64,000 nucleotides of DNA from an uncultured Chloroflexia bacterium (lineage in GTDB: Bacteria; Chloroflexota; Limnocylindria; Limnocylindrales; CSP1-4): NCBI GenBank assembly GCA_963764515.1, contig CAVXSS010000001.1:194677-258676 (forward strand), written 5' to 3'. Below are positions 18,532-28,215 of this stretch, piece after piece. Every line of letters starts with the position of its first letter. Within the stretch, counting starts at the first letter, position 1. Under the pieces are notes generated by a model that did not search any database, had not been told where the DNA came from, and saw nothing but the letters and a program-made list of their open reading frames with translations. The position numbers and the translations under genes are program-made.

Positions 18532-20292
18532 GTGCGACTGATCGAAACCCGCCTCCTCGAGGGACCCAACGTCTACCGGCTAGAACCGGTGGTGAAGCTC
18601 GAAGTCGCGGTCGGCCGACGGCGCACGTGGTACGGGCAACGGGATCCGGCTCGCCACGCGCTCGTCCACCTCGGCGCTCCCGTCCTGTCGCGGGACTGGC
18701 CGGACGGCGTCGCCGCCCTCGTCGCATGGATCCGCCGCTTGCGGGCCGACCACGGCGAGGGACGCCGCGGTCTGGCAGTCCATCGGTCATCCGATCCGGG
18801 ACACTGGATCATCACCTTCCCGTGGGTCGGCGCGGAACGGGCCCAGACCATCACAGACGCCGCACAGGCACTCGCTGGGCGGGACGTGTCCCCGTCGCGG
18901 ACCGCGCGACTCACGGGGAACCAGGAACGCCTGCTGGCCCGTTGGTCGGAGCGGATCCGAGAGGCCCGGACGTCTCCACCCTCGTGGATCCGTGACGTGG
19001 ACCGACGCGTGCCGGTGGTCTCGATCTCCGGCACGAACGGCAAGAGCACCGTGACCCGGCTCATCACCCACATCCTGATCGGAGCCGGACGGCACGTCGG
19101 GACGACGACCTCCGACGGCGTGCTCGTCGACGAGCGCCTCATCGAGCCCGGCGACTGGACGGGGCCTGGCGGCGCCCACCAGATCCTCGCCCGGCGCGAC
19201 ATCGACGTCGCGGTCCTGGAGACGGCCCGTGGCGGCATCGTCCTGCGCGGCGTCGGCTACGAGTCGAACGAGGTGAGCATCCTGACGAACGTGACGTCGG
19301 ACCACCTGGACCTGCAGGGCATCCACACCCTCCCCGAGCTGGCCGAGGTGAAGGCCACGATCGCGCGCATCACGACGCCCGACGGGTGGGTCGTGCTCAA
19401 CGCCGACGACGCGTATGTCGCTGCAGTCGCTCGACGGGTGCGCGGGCGGGTGGCGTTCTTCTCGACCGAGGACGGGTCGGCCGTCGTGCGCCGACACCGC
19501 GCCGCCGGAGGGCGGGCCTACCTGCTCCGACGAGGCTGGCTGGTCGAGGCCGACGGCGACCGAGAGATACCGGTCGTCGAGATCGGTCAGGTACCCATCA
19601 CGATCGGCGGACTGGCGCGCTACAACATCGCCAATGCCCTCGCGGCGGCCGGCGGGGCGCGTGGCCTGGGAGTCTCGATCGAGGGGGTCCGCGACGGTCT
19701 CATCGACTTCCGGCCATCGGCCGAACGATCGCCAGGGCGGCTCAACCTGTACCGGCTGGGCGCCCGGGTCATCATCGTGGACTTCGCCCACAACGAGGCG
19801 GGCGTCGCGGCCATCATGGACGTGGCCGAGGGCATCGCGGCAGGCGCCGCGGGCCGCGCGGCCCCGATCACCGCCATCATCGGCACCGCGGGCGATCGAC
19901 CCGACGACACGCTCCGCGGGATCGGCCGGATCGCCGCCGAACGGGCGCAGCGGGTCGTCATCAAGCAGACCCTCAAATACCTGCGAGGCCGGACGCCCGA
20001 GTCGGTGGTCGGAGAACTGCTCGCCGGTGTCAGTGCCGGTGGCGGACGCGTGGCCGACGTCCCGGTCTACGACTCGGAGACCGCGGCACTGCGGGCCGAG
20101 CTCAACAGCGCGGCGGGGCGCGGTCCGGAAGGTCGCCGGTCCGACGCCCCCAGGGTCATCGTCCTGATGTGCCACGAGGATCGCAGCGGCGTGTACGAGC
20201 TCCTCGCGACCGCTGGGGCACGCCCCGTCGACGTCTCCTCGGAGCTGACCGAGCTCGTGCCCAGGCTCCAGGACCGCCCGCGCCCCGCCTGA
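18532..20292 (+). CDS. Cyanophycin-synthetase-like protein with the CphA N-domain fused directly to a Mur-ligase (M) domain, with no ATP-grasp domain
   Basis: The N-terminus VRLIETRLLEGPNVYRLEPVVKLEV matches the CphA N-domain; compare the bona fide CphA here, LRIIEARVLRGPNYWAREPVIRLLV. The Mur-ligase P-loop VVSISGTNGKSTVT sits at residue ~165, so there is no room for the ~270-aa ATP-grasp domain. The C-terminus is a Mur-ligase fold (LNADDAYV, DFAHNEAG). GTG start at 18532. Confidence 0.75.
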   Translation: MRLIETRLLEGPNVYRLEPVVKLEVAVGRRRTWYGQRDPARHALVHLGAPVLSRDWPDGVAALVAWIRRLRADHGEGRRGLAVHRSSDPGHWIITFPWVGAERAQTITDAAQALAGRDVSPSRTARLTGNQERLLARWSERIREARTSPPSWIRDVDRRVPVVSISGTNGKSTVTRLITHILIGAGRHVGTTTSDGVLVDERLIEPGDWTGPGGAHQILARRDIDVAVLETARGGIVLRGVGYESNEVSILTNVTSDHLDLQGIHTLPELAEVKATIARITTPDGWVVLNADDAYVAAVARRVRGRVAFFSTEDGSAVVRRHRAAGGRAYLLRRGWLVEADGDREIPVVEIGQVPITIGGLARYNIANALAAAGGARGLGVSIEGVRDGLIDFRPSAERSPGRLNLYRLGARVIIVDFAHNEAGVAAIMDVAEGIAAGAAGRAAPITAIIGTAGDRPDDTLRGIGRIAAERAQRVVIKQTLKYLRGRTPESVVGELLAGVSAGGGRVADVPVYDSETAALRAELNSAAGRGPEGRRSDAPRVIVLMCHEDRSGVYELLATAGARPVDVSSELTELVPRLQDRPRPA

Positions 20293-20359
20293 CGAGGCCA
20301 CAGCTGTTCCTGGCTCCCACGGCAAGCTGAAAGGCGGGACCGATGGGCCGTGCAGGACC

Positions 20360-21079
20360 CTAGGCCGGTCGGGGCCACCAGGCGCGGACATCGAGGCGAG
20401 CCGCGAAGCGCAGGTGCGGCGGCTCGTCGGGGAGCGTGAGGCCGTGGCTTTCGGCCATCGTATCGCGCCCGATGCGCGCGGCGGCCGGCTGGAGTGGCCA
20501 CGGCTTGTGTCGGATCTCCGTCCGCAGCAGGCGGCCCTCCTCGTCGAGCGCGAACAGCCGTTGTCGATCGGTGAGGAACGCCTCGAGTGAGCCCGGTGCG
20601 GCGGGCTCGACCGGCCCGGTGGCCCGGTACCGGGCCTCGAAGCGGGCCGGCGGACCGCGTCGGTCGATCCGGATCGATCGATAATCCACGACCTCGCGCA
20701 CCCGCCCGACCGACATCGACGCCTCGAAGTACGGCAGGTGGAACGACGCCCGCGCTCCCTCGACGGCGGCGCGGCTGCCCGCGTCCAGGCTGAGGAACCA
20801 GACGCCGGCGCGACCCTCGTGCCGGACGTACGTCCGGACGTTCAGCTCCGGGAAGGCACCGGCGATCGGTGGCGCCGGCAGGCCCCGCGGCGCGACGTCC
20901 TCCATCCGGAACGGCACGACGCCGAGGTAGGCGCGACCGTCGAAGAGGTCCAGCTCGAGACCAGCGGGGACCAGTGCCCGCAGGACATCCGATTCGACCG
21001 GCCAATGCGCGAACAGCAGGTCCACCCACCGCATGCGCATCACCCACGGGCGGGGCCCGAGATCCGGCCGACCCGTCAT
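20360..21079 (-). CDS. DUF2071 family protein
   Basis: WVDLLFAHWPV and LNVRTYVRHEGRAGVWFLSLD blocks, typical of the YqjF/DUF2071 family. Confidence 0.6.
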   Translation of the reverse strand: MTGRPDLGPRPWVMRMRWVDLLFAHWPVESDVLRALVPAGLELDLFDGRAYLGVVPFRMEDVAPRGLPAPPIAGAFPELNVRTYVRHEGRAGVWFLSLDAGSRAAVEGARASFHLPYFEASMSVGRVREVVDYRSIRIDRRGPPARFEARYRATGPVEPAAPGSLEAFLTDRQRLFALDEEGRLLRTEIRHKPWPLQPAAARIGRDTMAESHGLTLPDEPPHLRFAARLDVRAWWPRPA

Positions 21080-21223
21080 GCCGCGAACACCGACGGCACC
21101 AGCCCGCACCCGAACGCGCTACTCATCGGTAGCACGATACACCGACCGGTCGTCGACCGCTTCGCCGGACGCCGCCGGGCGGCCGCCCCGAGGATGCTCT
21201 CCCCGCGCCAGGGTTCGTGCGCG

Positions 21224-24124
21224 TCAGCCCTCGGGGGCCTCGAGCTCGCCTGGATCCGCGAAGGCGGTCCCGCCGCGGGACGTCCCGGCGGCGGCCAGGG
21301 CCTCCCGGTAGACGCCGATCGCATCGTCCACGCAGCAGACGACGAGGTCGCCCGGGATCGCCCGCCGCAGGGCGGCACGCACGGCGGACATCTCGTCGAG
21401 CACTCTCTCGGCGCGCGTGGTTCGTGAGCCCTCCTCGCCCTTCGTCTGACGCACGCCCTCGAGGACGTTCGCGGCGGTCTCGCCGGCGGCCCGGCCGCGG
21501 AGATTCTTGTCCTCGCGGACGATGATCTCGTCGAACGCGGTCGCGGCGACCGCCCCGTAGGCCTTCTGGTCCTCGTCCCGGCGATCGCCCGGGATCCCCA
21601 GGACGCCGATGGCCCGGCCGCTCCGTGTTCCGGAGCCGGACGTCCGGAGGCGCCCCGCTTTGGAGACCGACTCGGTCATCATGCGCTCGACGAAGTCGGC
21701 GAGTTGGCGCATGCCGTCGACGTTGTGGCAGTAGTCGATGACGACCCGAATGCCGCCGACGTCGAGCAGGTTGAGTCGGCCCGGAGCCTGGAAGAATGAG
21801 GTCGTGAAGGTCCGCAGGCCCTGGCGGATGTCGTGGAGATGCGCCCCGGCGGCCCATGCCGCGGCGGCCGCGGCCAGGGCGTTCGCGACGTTCATCCGGG
21901 CCCGGCCGCCGAACGTCGCCGGGATCAGGTGCGTATACAGCACGGGCATCGTGCGCGGCCCGAGCCGAAGGACGATGAGTTCGCCCTCCGCCGAGGGCTC
22001 GAGGCAGAACGCCGCACCGCCGCGTCCGGCGTGCCCGTCGACGCGATCGAATCCGTCCTCGCCCTTCGTCGTCGACATGCTGAACAGGACCACCCTGCCA
22101 GCGCAGTGGCGGCCCATCCGGTAGACGTGGCTGTCGTCGGCGTTGAGGACTGCGGTCCCCGACCGCGGCACGGCCTCGACGACGACACCCTTGACGTTGG
22201 CGAGCTGTCCGATGGTGGCGATGCCGCCGAGCCCCAGATGGTCGCCGGTCACGTTGGTCACCACGGCCACGTCGTTGCGGTCGTAGCCGAGGCCCTCGCG
22301 CAGGATGCCGCCGCGCGCGACCTCGAAGACGGCCGTGTCCACGGTCGGGTTCTGGAGGACGATCTGGGCCGACTTCGGGCCCGACATGTCGCCCTTCTTG
22401 ACGAGCCGGTTGTCGACGACGATGCCGTCGGTCGAGGTCATCCCGACCCGCCGACCCATCAACTTGAGGATGTGCGAGATCATCCGGACCGTCGTCGTCT
22501 TCCCGTTCGTGCCGGTCACCGCGACGATCGGGATCCGGGCCGACGAGCCGGGCGGAAAGAGCGAATCGATCACCGGGCGAGCGACGTACTGCGGCTCGCC
22601 CTCGGTCGGGTTGGTGTGCATCCGGAAGCCGGGCGCGGCGTTGACCTCGACGATCGCGCCGCCGGTCTCGCGCACGGGCGTGGCGATGTCGGGGCAGATG
22701 AAGTCGATGCCGGCCACGTCGAGGCCGACGATCCGGGCCGCCGTCTCGGCGATCTCGACGTTGTCGGGGTGCGCCTCGATGGTCCGGTCGATCGACGTCC
22801 CGCCCGTCGACATGTTGCCGGTCAGGGCGAGCTTGATCCACGTTCCTGCGGGCGGGACGGCGTCGAGCTCGAAGCCCTGCGACCGGACGAGCGCCTCGGC
22901 CGCCGCGTCGACCTTGATCCGCGTGAGGACCCTCTCGTGGCCGATCCCACGCCGAGGATCCGCGTTCGCGAAATCGACGAGCTGTCGCACCGAGTGCTCG
23001 CCGTCCCCGGTGACCGACGCGGGGACGCGCTCCGCGATGGCGGCCATCGTGCCCGCGATGACCAGGCAGCGGTAGTCGTTGCCGACCACGTAGGTCTCGA
23101 CGACCAGGTCGCCGGAACGGCTCTCGGCCATAGCGCCGTGGTAGGCGGCGCGCACGGCCTCCTCCGAACGAAGGTCCAGGTGGACGCCCCGGCCGTGGTT
23201 GCCATCGAGCGGCTTCACCACGCACGGGAAGCCAAGGCGCAACGCGGCTGCGACCGTCTCGTCCTCGGTCGAGACGACCGCGGAGCGCGGCACCGGCAGG
23301 CCGGCCGAGTCGAGGAGGCGGTTGGTCAGGCTCTTGTCCGAGGCGATGTCCACGCCGATCGCCGAGGTCCGCGACGTCATCGTCGCGCGGATCCGCTGCT
23401 GGTGGACGCCATGTCCGAACTGGACCAGGGAATGGGGGTCGAGGCGGATGAACGGGATGTCGCGGCTGATGGCCTCGTCGATCAGCGCCTGCGTGGACGG
23501 CCCGAACGCCTGGCGTTCAGCGAGCCGGATGAGCCGCTCGAGCTCGGGCGCGAAGTCGAAGAAGACCGCGGGGTCGTCCGGCGCCACGAGGTGGTTGATC
23601 AGGCCCACGGCCATCTTCCCCGCCTCGAGGCCGACCTGCTCCTCGCGGTACTCGAAGATGCAGTTGTACTGGCCGGTCGGGCCGGCCGATCGGGTCTTCC
23701 CGTGGCGGACGTCGGTGCCGGCGAGGTTCTGGAATTCCAGGGCGACGTGTTCGGCGATGTGGCCGGCCCAGGTCCCGTCCCGAAGCCGGCTGACGAAGCC
23801 GCCCCGACGGCCCAGCGAGCAGGCGTGGTCCTCGAGCGTCGGGAGGAGCGCGATCAAGGCGTCATTGAAGCCGGGGAGCTTGTTCGATGGGTACTGCTCG
23901 AGGACGCCAAGGTCCACCAGCAGGCGGATGACCGGCTCGCGCGCCCAATAGTTCGGCCCCCGCAGCACCCGGGCTTCGATGATCCGAAGCGTCGGAGCCG
24001 GGGCCCCCGCGACGACGGGCACGCGGGCCTTGGCCGCGCGAGAGCCGCCGCGCTTGGGGCGGGACGCGGATGCGGTCTGGGCCACGGATACCTCCTCGGT
24101 CGCCGGCTTCGGGTGACGGTGCAT
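21224..24124 (-). CDS. cphA: Cyanophycin synthetase
   Basis: Full three-domain architecture. N-domain: RIIEARVLRGPNYW. ATP-grasp: HGRGVHLDLRSEE, GNDYRCLVIAG. Mur ligase: IVAVTGTNGKTTTVRMISHIL, LNADDSHV, DYCHNVDG. The start is either ATG at 24124 or a GTG at 24085, which has a GGAGG RBS. Confidence 0.9.
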   Translation of the reverse strand: MHRHPKPATEEVSVAQTASASRPKRGGSRAAKARVPVVAGAPAPTLRIIEARVLRGPNYWAREPVIRLLVDLGVLEQYPSNKLPGFNDALIALLPTLEDHACSLGRRGGFVSRLRDGTWAGHIAEHVALEFQNLAGTDVRHGKTRSAGPTGQYNCIFEYREEQVGLEAGKMAVGLINHLVAPDDPAVFFDFAPELERLIRLAERQAFGPSTQALIDEAISRDIPFIRLDPHSLVQFGHGVHQQRIRATMTSRTSAIGVDIASDKSLTNRLLDSAGLPVPRSAVVSTEDETVAAALRLGFPCVVKPLDGNHGRGVHLDLRSEEAVRAAYHGAMAESRSGDLVVETYVVGNDYRCLVIAGTMAAIAERVPASVTGDGEHSVRQLVDFANADPRRGIGHERVLTRIKVDAAAEALVRSQGFELDAVPPAGTWIKLALTGNMSTGGTSIDRTIEAHPDNVEIAETAARIVGLDVAGIDFICPDIATPVRETGGAIVEVNAAPGFRMHTNPTEGEPQYVARPVIDSLFPPGSSARIPIVAVTGTNGKTTTVRMISHILKLMGRRVGMTSTDGIVVDNRLVKKGDMSGPKSAQIVLQNPTVDTAVFEVARGGILREGLGYDRNDVAVVTNVTGDHLGLGGIATIGQLANVKGVVVEAVPRSGTAVLNADDSHVYRMGRHCAGRVVLFSMSTTKGEDGFDRVDGHAGRGGAAFCLEPSAEGELIVLRLGPRTMPVLYTHLIPATFGGRARMNVANALAAAAAAWAAGAHLHDIRQGLRTFTTSFFQAPGRLNLLDVGGIRVVIDYCHNVDGMRQLADFVERMMTESVSKAGRLRTSGSGTRSGRAIGVLGIPGDRRDEDQKAYGAVAATAFDEIIVREDKNLRGRAAGETAANVLEGVRQTKGEEGSRTTRAERVLDEMSAVRAALRRAIPGDLVVCCVDDAIGVYREALAAAGTSRGGTAFADPGELEAPEG

Positions 24125-24140
24125 GGCCGCCGGGGCGCGA

Positions 24141-24986
24141 CTAGCTCGACGCGGCCTCGGCGCCGGGCAGGGCATGGAGCGTCGGTGCCGTCAGACGTTC
24201 TCGATGGCGCAGGTCGAAGCGATAGCCTGATGGCAGCGAATGGAGCACGACGCCGCTGATCATCAACGGCCGATGGCCGCGGACCTCCCAGGCATCGGTC
24301 TCGGATTGCGAGCCGTCGACCACGGTGATCGAACCACGCCCGATGACCTCGAGGATGCCATCGGGCCCGACCACGCCGGCGGTGTCCTCGTCGACGCCAA
24401 GACCCAGCAGGGAGGGGTTCTGGGCGATCAGGCTGAGCAGCCTGCCCAGCCGGTTCCGCTGCTGGAAATGCTGATCGATGATGACGCCCGGCAGGACGCC
24501 GAGGCCCGCCGAGATCTGGGCCATGCGGTGTTTGGGGGTGGCCCCGGACGCACCGAACGCGATCATGTGGCTCGACATCGCCGATGCGCCCGCGGACGTG
24601 CCGGCGACCACGGCCCCGTGCCGGAAGCGCTCCAGGATCGCGTCGGCCAGGCGCGTGCCGCCGATGGTCGATGAGAGGCGCAGCTGGTTGCCACCGGTCA
24701 GGAAGATGCCGGTCGCTTCGCGGATCGCGAGGGTCGAGACCTCGTCGTTGGCCTGGCTACGCGTGACCGCGTGGAGCGCGATGACCCGGGTGACGCCCAG
24801 GTCGCCGAAGACCTGCTTGTACCGCTCCCCCGCCTCGAGCCCCAGCGAGGACGCGGTGGAGATCACCGCGATCGTGGCGTCCACCCCGCCGGCGAGCGCG
24901 ACGAAGCGACTGAGGATGACCCGGTCCCGGACCTTGTCCTCCGCGCCGCCGATGATGATCACGGTTCCTTCGGTCACGAGCCCCAC
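24141..24986 (-). CDS. cphB: Cyanophycinase (peptidase S51)
   Basis: VIIIGGAEDK N-terminus and GTSAGASAMSSHMI (catalytic Ser in GxSAG), ~280 aa. Lies immediately upstream of cphA on the same strand, the classic cphBA operon. Confidence 0.85.
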   Translation of the reverse strand: MGLVTEGTVIIIGGAEDKVRDRVILSRFVALAGGVDATIAVISTASSLGLEAGERYKQVFGDLGVTRVIALHAVTRSQANDEVSTLAIREATGIFLTGGNQLRLSSTIGGTRLADAILERFRHGAVVAGTSAGASAMSSHMIAFGASGATPKHRMAQISAGLGVLPGVIIDQHFQQRNRLGRLLSLIAQNPSLLGLGVDEDTAGVVGPDGILEVIGRGSITVVDGSQSETDAWEVRGHRPLMISGVVLHSLPSGYRFDLRHRERLTAPTLHALPGAEAASS

Positions 24987-25086
24987 GGACTTCGGTGCTG
25001 GTTGGCGGTGAGGATACCGCCTCGAACCGGGCCGCCGCCGGAGCGAACCCGAGGCCGCGACGGCGGCGTGCGAGAATCGGTCCGCC

Positions 25087-26016
25087 ATGGCCGACCCGAA
25101 CGAGCCACCCACCCTGCATCCGATCCCCGGATCGGCACGCGGGCGCGGACGGATCGTGGCGGACCTCGCGGACCTGATCGATCGTCCGACCCGCCGCCGT
25201 GCGGGAGTCTTCCGGCGCGCACTGCGGCGCGAAGTCTCGCGATTGCGTGACCCGCGGCGGATCGCCGCGATCCTGCTCCTGAGCCTGACGTTCGCGCTCC
25301 TGGTCTCGGGGCTGCTGGCACGCGGCGAGTCTGGTGGGGCGGACGCCCGGGCGTACTGGGCCGGAGTCCGGATCTGGCTCAACGGCGGCGATCCGTATCA
25401 CCCGACCGGACCATTCCTGCCCTACGTCTACGCCCCCTGGATGCTGCCGATGTTCGCGCCGTGGGCCGTGCTGCCGTGGGACGTCGCCTGGTTCGTCTGG
25501 CGGGGGGGCACGATCCTGCTCCTGCTCTGGACGATCCACTGGGCGTACCGTCGCCGACCGCTCACGACGGCGGTCATCATCGCGATGCTGGGATTCCCGT
25601 TGGGCGCCAACCTCGATACGGGCAACATCAACCTGCTGCTGACGCTCATGCTGTGGGGTGCCCAGTTCTCGGGCCCCCGACTTGGGGGCCTCCTGTGGGC
25701 CCTCGCGACCTGGATGAAGTGGCTGCCGGCGATCCATTGGTTCATCCTCGGGCCGCGCACGCGTCTGTGGGGGTTCGTCTGGCTGGCGGTCTCGATCGTG
25801 CTCAGCGTCGTCACGCTTCCGCTCACGATCATCCAGCTCAAGGTCCTGTTCGGGTTCGGGGCAAGACCGATCCGACTGGACTACCTCGTCTTCCTGTGGG
25901 CCTTCGTCCCCTGGCTGTACCGGCGGCCCGACCAGTTCGATTTCCTTCGTCCGGCCACCTTGCGCTCGTGGGCGGCGACCCTGCGCGGCAGGATCAGCCG
26001 GCCGCTTCCGGGCTGA
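25087..26016 (+). CDS. Polytopic membrane protein, possibly DUF2029/GT87-like glycosyltransferase
   Basis: 309 aa, ~8 TM segments and aromatic-rich (PYVYAPWMLPMFAPW). The family assignment is tentative. Confidence 0.45.
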   Translation: MADPNEPPTLHPIPGSARGRGRIVADLADLIDRPTRRRAGVFRRALRREVSRLRDPRRIAAILLLSLTFALLVSGLLARGESGGADARAYWAGVRIWLNGGDPYHPTGPFLPYVYAPWMLPMFAPWAVLPWDVAWFVWRGGTILLLLWTIHWAYRRRPLTTAVIIAMLGFPLGANLDTGNINLLLTLMLWGAQFSGPRLGGLLWALATWMKWLPAIHWFILGPRTRLWGFVWLAVSIVLSVVTLPLTIIQLKVLFGFGARPIRLDYLVFLWAFVPWLYRRPDQFDFLRPATLRSWAATLRGRISRPLPG

Positions 26017-27340
26017 TGGCCAGAGGGGGCACATCGGCGTCGTCGCGGCGTCCTTCACGGACGGGCACGAGCAGCGCCGCTCCGATGGCGAACCAGACGG
26101 GTGCCAGCAGGAACGCGAGACGCGGCCCCATCTCGGGTGACCCGGCGGCGGCCAGGCGGTCGATCAGGATCCCGCCGATGAACGCCGCGGTCACGCCGTT
26201 CGTCGCGGTCGCGACGTTGGAGATGCCCATGTACCGGCCCGACGACGCCTTCGGGATGATGTCGGTCATGAGCGCCCAGTCGACCGAGAGGAACGTGCCG
26301 GCGCCCACCCCCACGATGATCGCGCCCGGCAGGAACGTGGTCGGCGAGGGCGCCAGGGCGCAAACGAGCATCCCGATGGCGCCCGTGGCGCACGCGGCGT
26401 AGATCAGACGCTTGCGCCCGAGCCGGTCGGACAGCCGCGCCGCCGGGATCGTGGAGATCGCGGTGAACAGCGCGACCAGGAGCGTGGCGGTGTTGATCCA
26501 GAGCGCCCGTTCATCCGGGTTGGTGATCTCCTGCGACCGTTCCAGGTAGGGCACGGCGAGATTGAACAGGAACGCGGTCCCGCCGAGCACGAAGAACCTC
26601 GACCCCACCAGGAACAGGAAGCTGCGTTCGCGGAGGATGTCCGTGCCCCAGGCCTCGGTCGCGACCGACCACCAGCTGCGTGACCCTCGGTCCCTCGCAC
26701 GACGGCCCTCGTCGAGTCGGATGAAGAGCGAGAGCATCGTCGCGAGCTCGATCACACCGAGCAGGATCGTGGGGATCGTGAAGTCGCCGATGACCAGACC
26801 GATGGTCGCGACCGCCACCCCGGTGACGACGCCGAGGACCTGGAACAGCCCGACGAGCGCGCTCGCGAGACCTACCTGCGACGTCGGCACGAGATCGGGC
26901 ACGAAGCCCTGGAACGGACCCTGGGCCATGTTCGAGGAGAACTGGAGCAGGATGATGAAGGCGGCCACCGCGAGGATCGTGTTCGAGGTGGCGAGGCCGA
27001 TCAGGAAGACGACGTCCAGGAGCGTCCCGACGAGGATGTACGGCTTGCGCCGCCCGAAACGGCTGACGGTGTAGTCGCTGATCGATCCGACCGTCGGCTG
27101 GACGAGGACGGCGATCGCGACGCCCGCCACCTGGACCACGCCGAGGGTCGTGTACTGGACGCTGGGATCGGGCACCAGGTCCTTGATCCGCTCCTGGAGG
27201 ATGATCGTGATGCCGTTGAAGACGGCGACCAGCCCCAGCCAGTAGACCGACAGGCGCAGGAGATGGCCGATCGGCAAGAGCGCCGTCGGACGCGCGTTCG
27301 CCGGGTCGCCGAGGCCGCCTGGGCTGTCCACTCGTCCCAC
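25994..27340 (-). CDS. MFS transporter
   Basis: 448 aa with 12-14 TM segments, and a LSDRLGRKRLIY motif-A-like loop. Confidence 0.75.
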   Translation of the reverse strand: MGRVDSPGGLGDPANARPTALLPIGHLLRLSVYWLGLVAVFNGITIILQERIKDLVPDPSVQYTTLGVVQVAGVAIAVLVQPTVGSISDYTVSRFGRRKPYILVGTLLDVVFLIGLATSNTILAVAAFIILLQFSSNMAQGPFQGFVPDLVPTSQVGLASALVGLFQVLGVVTGVAVATIGLVIGDFTIPTILLGVIELATMLSLFIRLDEGRRARDRGSRSWWSVATEAWGTDILRERSFLFLVGSRFFVLGGTAFLFNLAVPYLERSQEITNPDERALWINTATLLVALFTAISTIPAARLSDRLGRKRLIYAACATGAIGMLVCALAPSPTTFLPGAIIVGVGAGTFLSVDWALMTDIIPKASSGRYMGISNVATATNGVTAAFIGGILIDRLAAAGSPEMGPRLAFLLAPVWFAIGAALLVPVREGRRDDADVPPLAISPEAAG

Positions 27341-27373
27341 CCTCGTCCGCGGTGCTGGATCGTCCCGCGCATC

Positions 27374-28090
27374 CTACCCTTCGGTGATGGCGGCTCCACC
27401 GGTATCGAGCGTGACGGTCGTGTGCAGCGGGACCAGCCGTCGCTCGGATGCGCCCTGGGCCACGAACCGGAAGAGCGAGCGATCGAGCGAGTAGATCCCG
27501 GTCGAGACCACGCCGATGCGACCGAGCCGGAACGAGAAGACCGGGTTCTCACCATTGCCCGCGTAGTGGTACGGCGCACCGTCGCGACGGAGCACGGCCA
27601 GGTTGGCCTGGCCGCCGAAGCGGTCGTGCAGCGCGCCGAGCAACTGGGTCACCGATCCGTTGGGCTGCCAGGCGTCCTCGAGCCAGCGCGCCCCGACCTC
27701 GGTGTCGGCGCGGCCGTGGATCCGGCCCTCGCCGCGGTACATCGCCCGAAGTCGCCGGTAGTCGAGCAGGTCGCCGTTGTGGCTGAACGCATACCGGCCG
27801 GCGGGATCCTCGAACGGCTGCGCATCGGGGAGGGTCAGCGTGGACAGCCTCGACGGCCGGCGCAGATGGACCAGCACCGCGGTCGTGAGGTTGGCTCCGA
27901 CGTCACCGCGGGCGGGATCGTCGCGGAAGGTCCTGATGTCGCGGTATGTGCCCAGCGACCCGTCCGGCGCGAGCCACGCCGCGCCCCAGCCGAACCCGGC
28001 GATCCCGAAACGCTCCAGGCGCTCGGCGAATGGCCACAGTTCGTCGAGCCGGAACGGCTCCGCGGCACGAGCGATGAAGTGCTCACACAT
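27374..28090 (-). CDS. Class II (Ntn-type) glutamine amidotransferase domain protein (YafJ-like)
   Basis: Starts MCEHFIARAAEPF, with Cys2 as the Ntn nucleophile after Met removal. ~238 aa. Confidence 0.7.
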   Translation of the reverse strand: MCEHFIARAAEPFRLDELWPFAERLERFGIAGFGWGAAWLAPDGSLGTYRDIRTFRDDPARGDVGANLTTAVLVHLRRPSRLSTLTLPDAQPFEDPAGRYAFSHNGDLLDYRRLRAMYRGEGRIHGRADTEVGARWLEDAWQPNGSVTQLLGALHDRFGGQANLAVLRRDGAPYHYAGNGENPVFSFRLGRIGVVSTGIYSLDRSLFRFVAQGASERRLVPLHTTVTLDTGGAAITEG

Positions 28091-28152
28091 GGGTCCCGAT
28101 GCTAGCGTGTCTCGTGCCGACGGGGGATGCACGCCTGGTCCAGGGTCGGCCG

Positions 28153-28180
28153 TGAACGTTCCCTCCTCCTGGATCGTCGA
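28153..28180 (+). promoter_or_regulatory. Putative ECF-type promoter upstream of the sigma factor gene
   Basis: tGAACgttccctcctcctggatCGTCga has a GAAC(-35)-N17-CGTC(-10) layout. It ends ~35 nt upstream of the sigma GTG, which fits ECF autoregulation. Confidence 0.35.
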
Positions 28181-28215
28181 ATGAGGTGAGCGCCGTCCCG
28201 CCCAGGAGTGAGCCC

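Noticed and set aside
21123-24259. ORFs 21123..23225 (-) and 21833..24259 (+) overlapping cphA
   Set aside because: Arg/Asp/Gly-rich junk frames. cphA is in another frame on the minus strand with full domain motifs.
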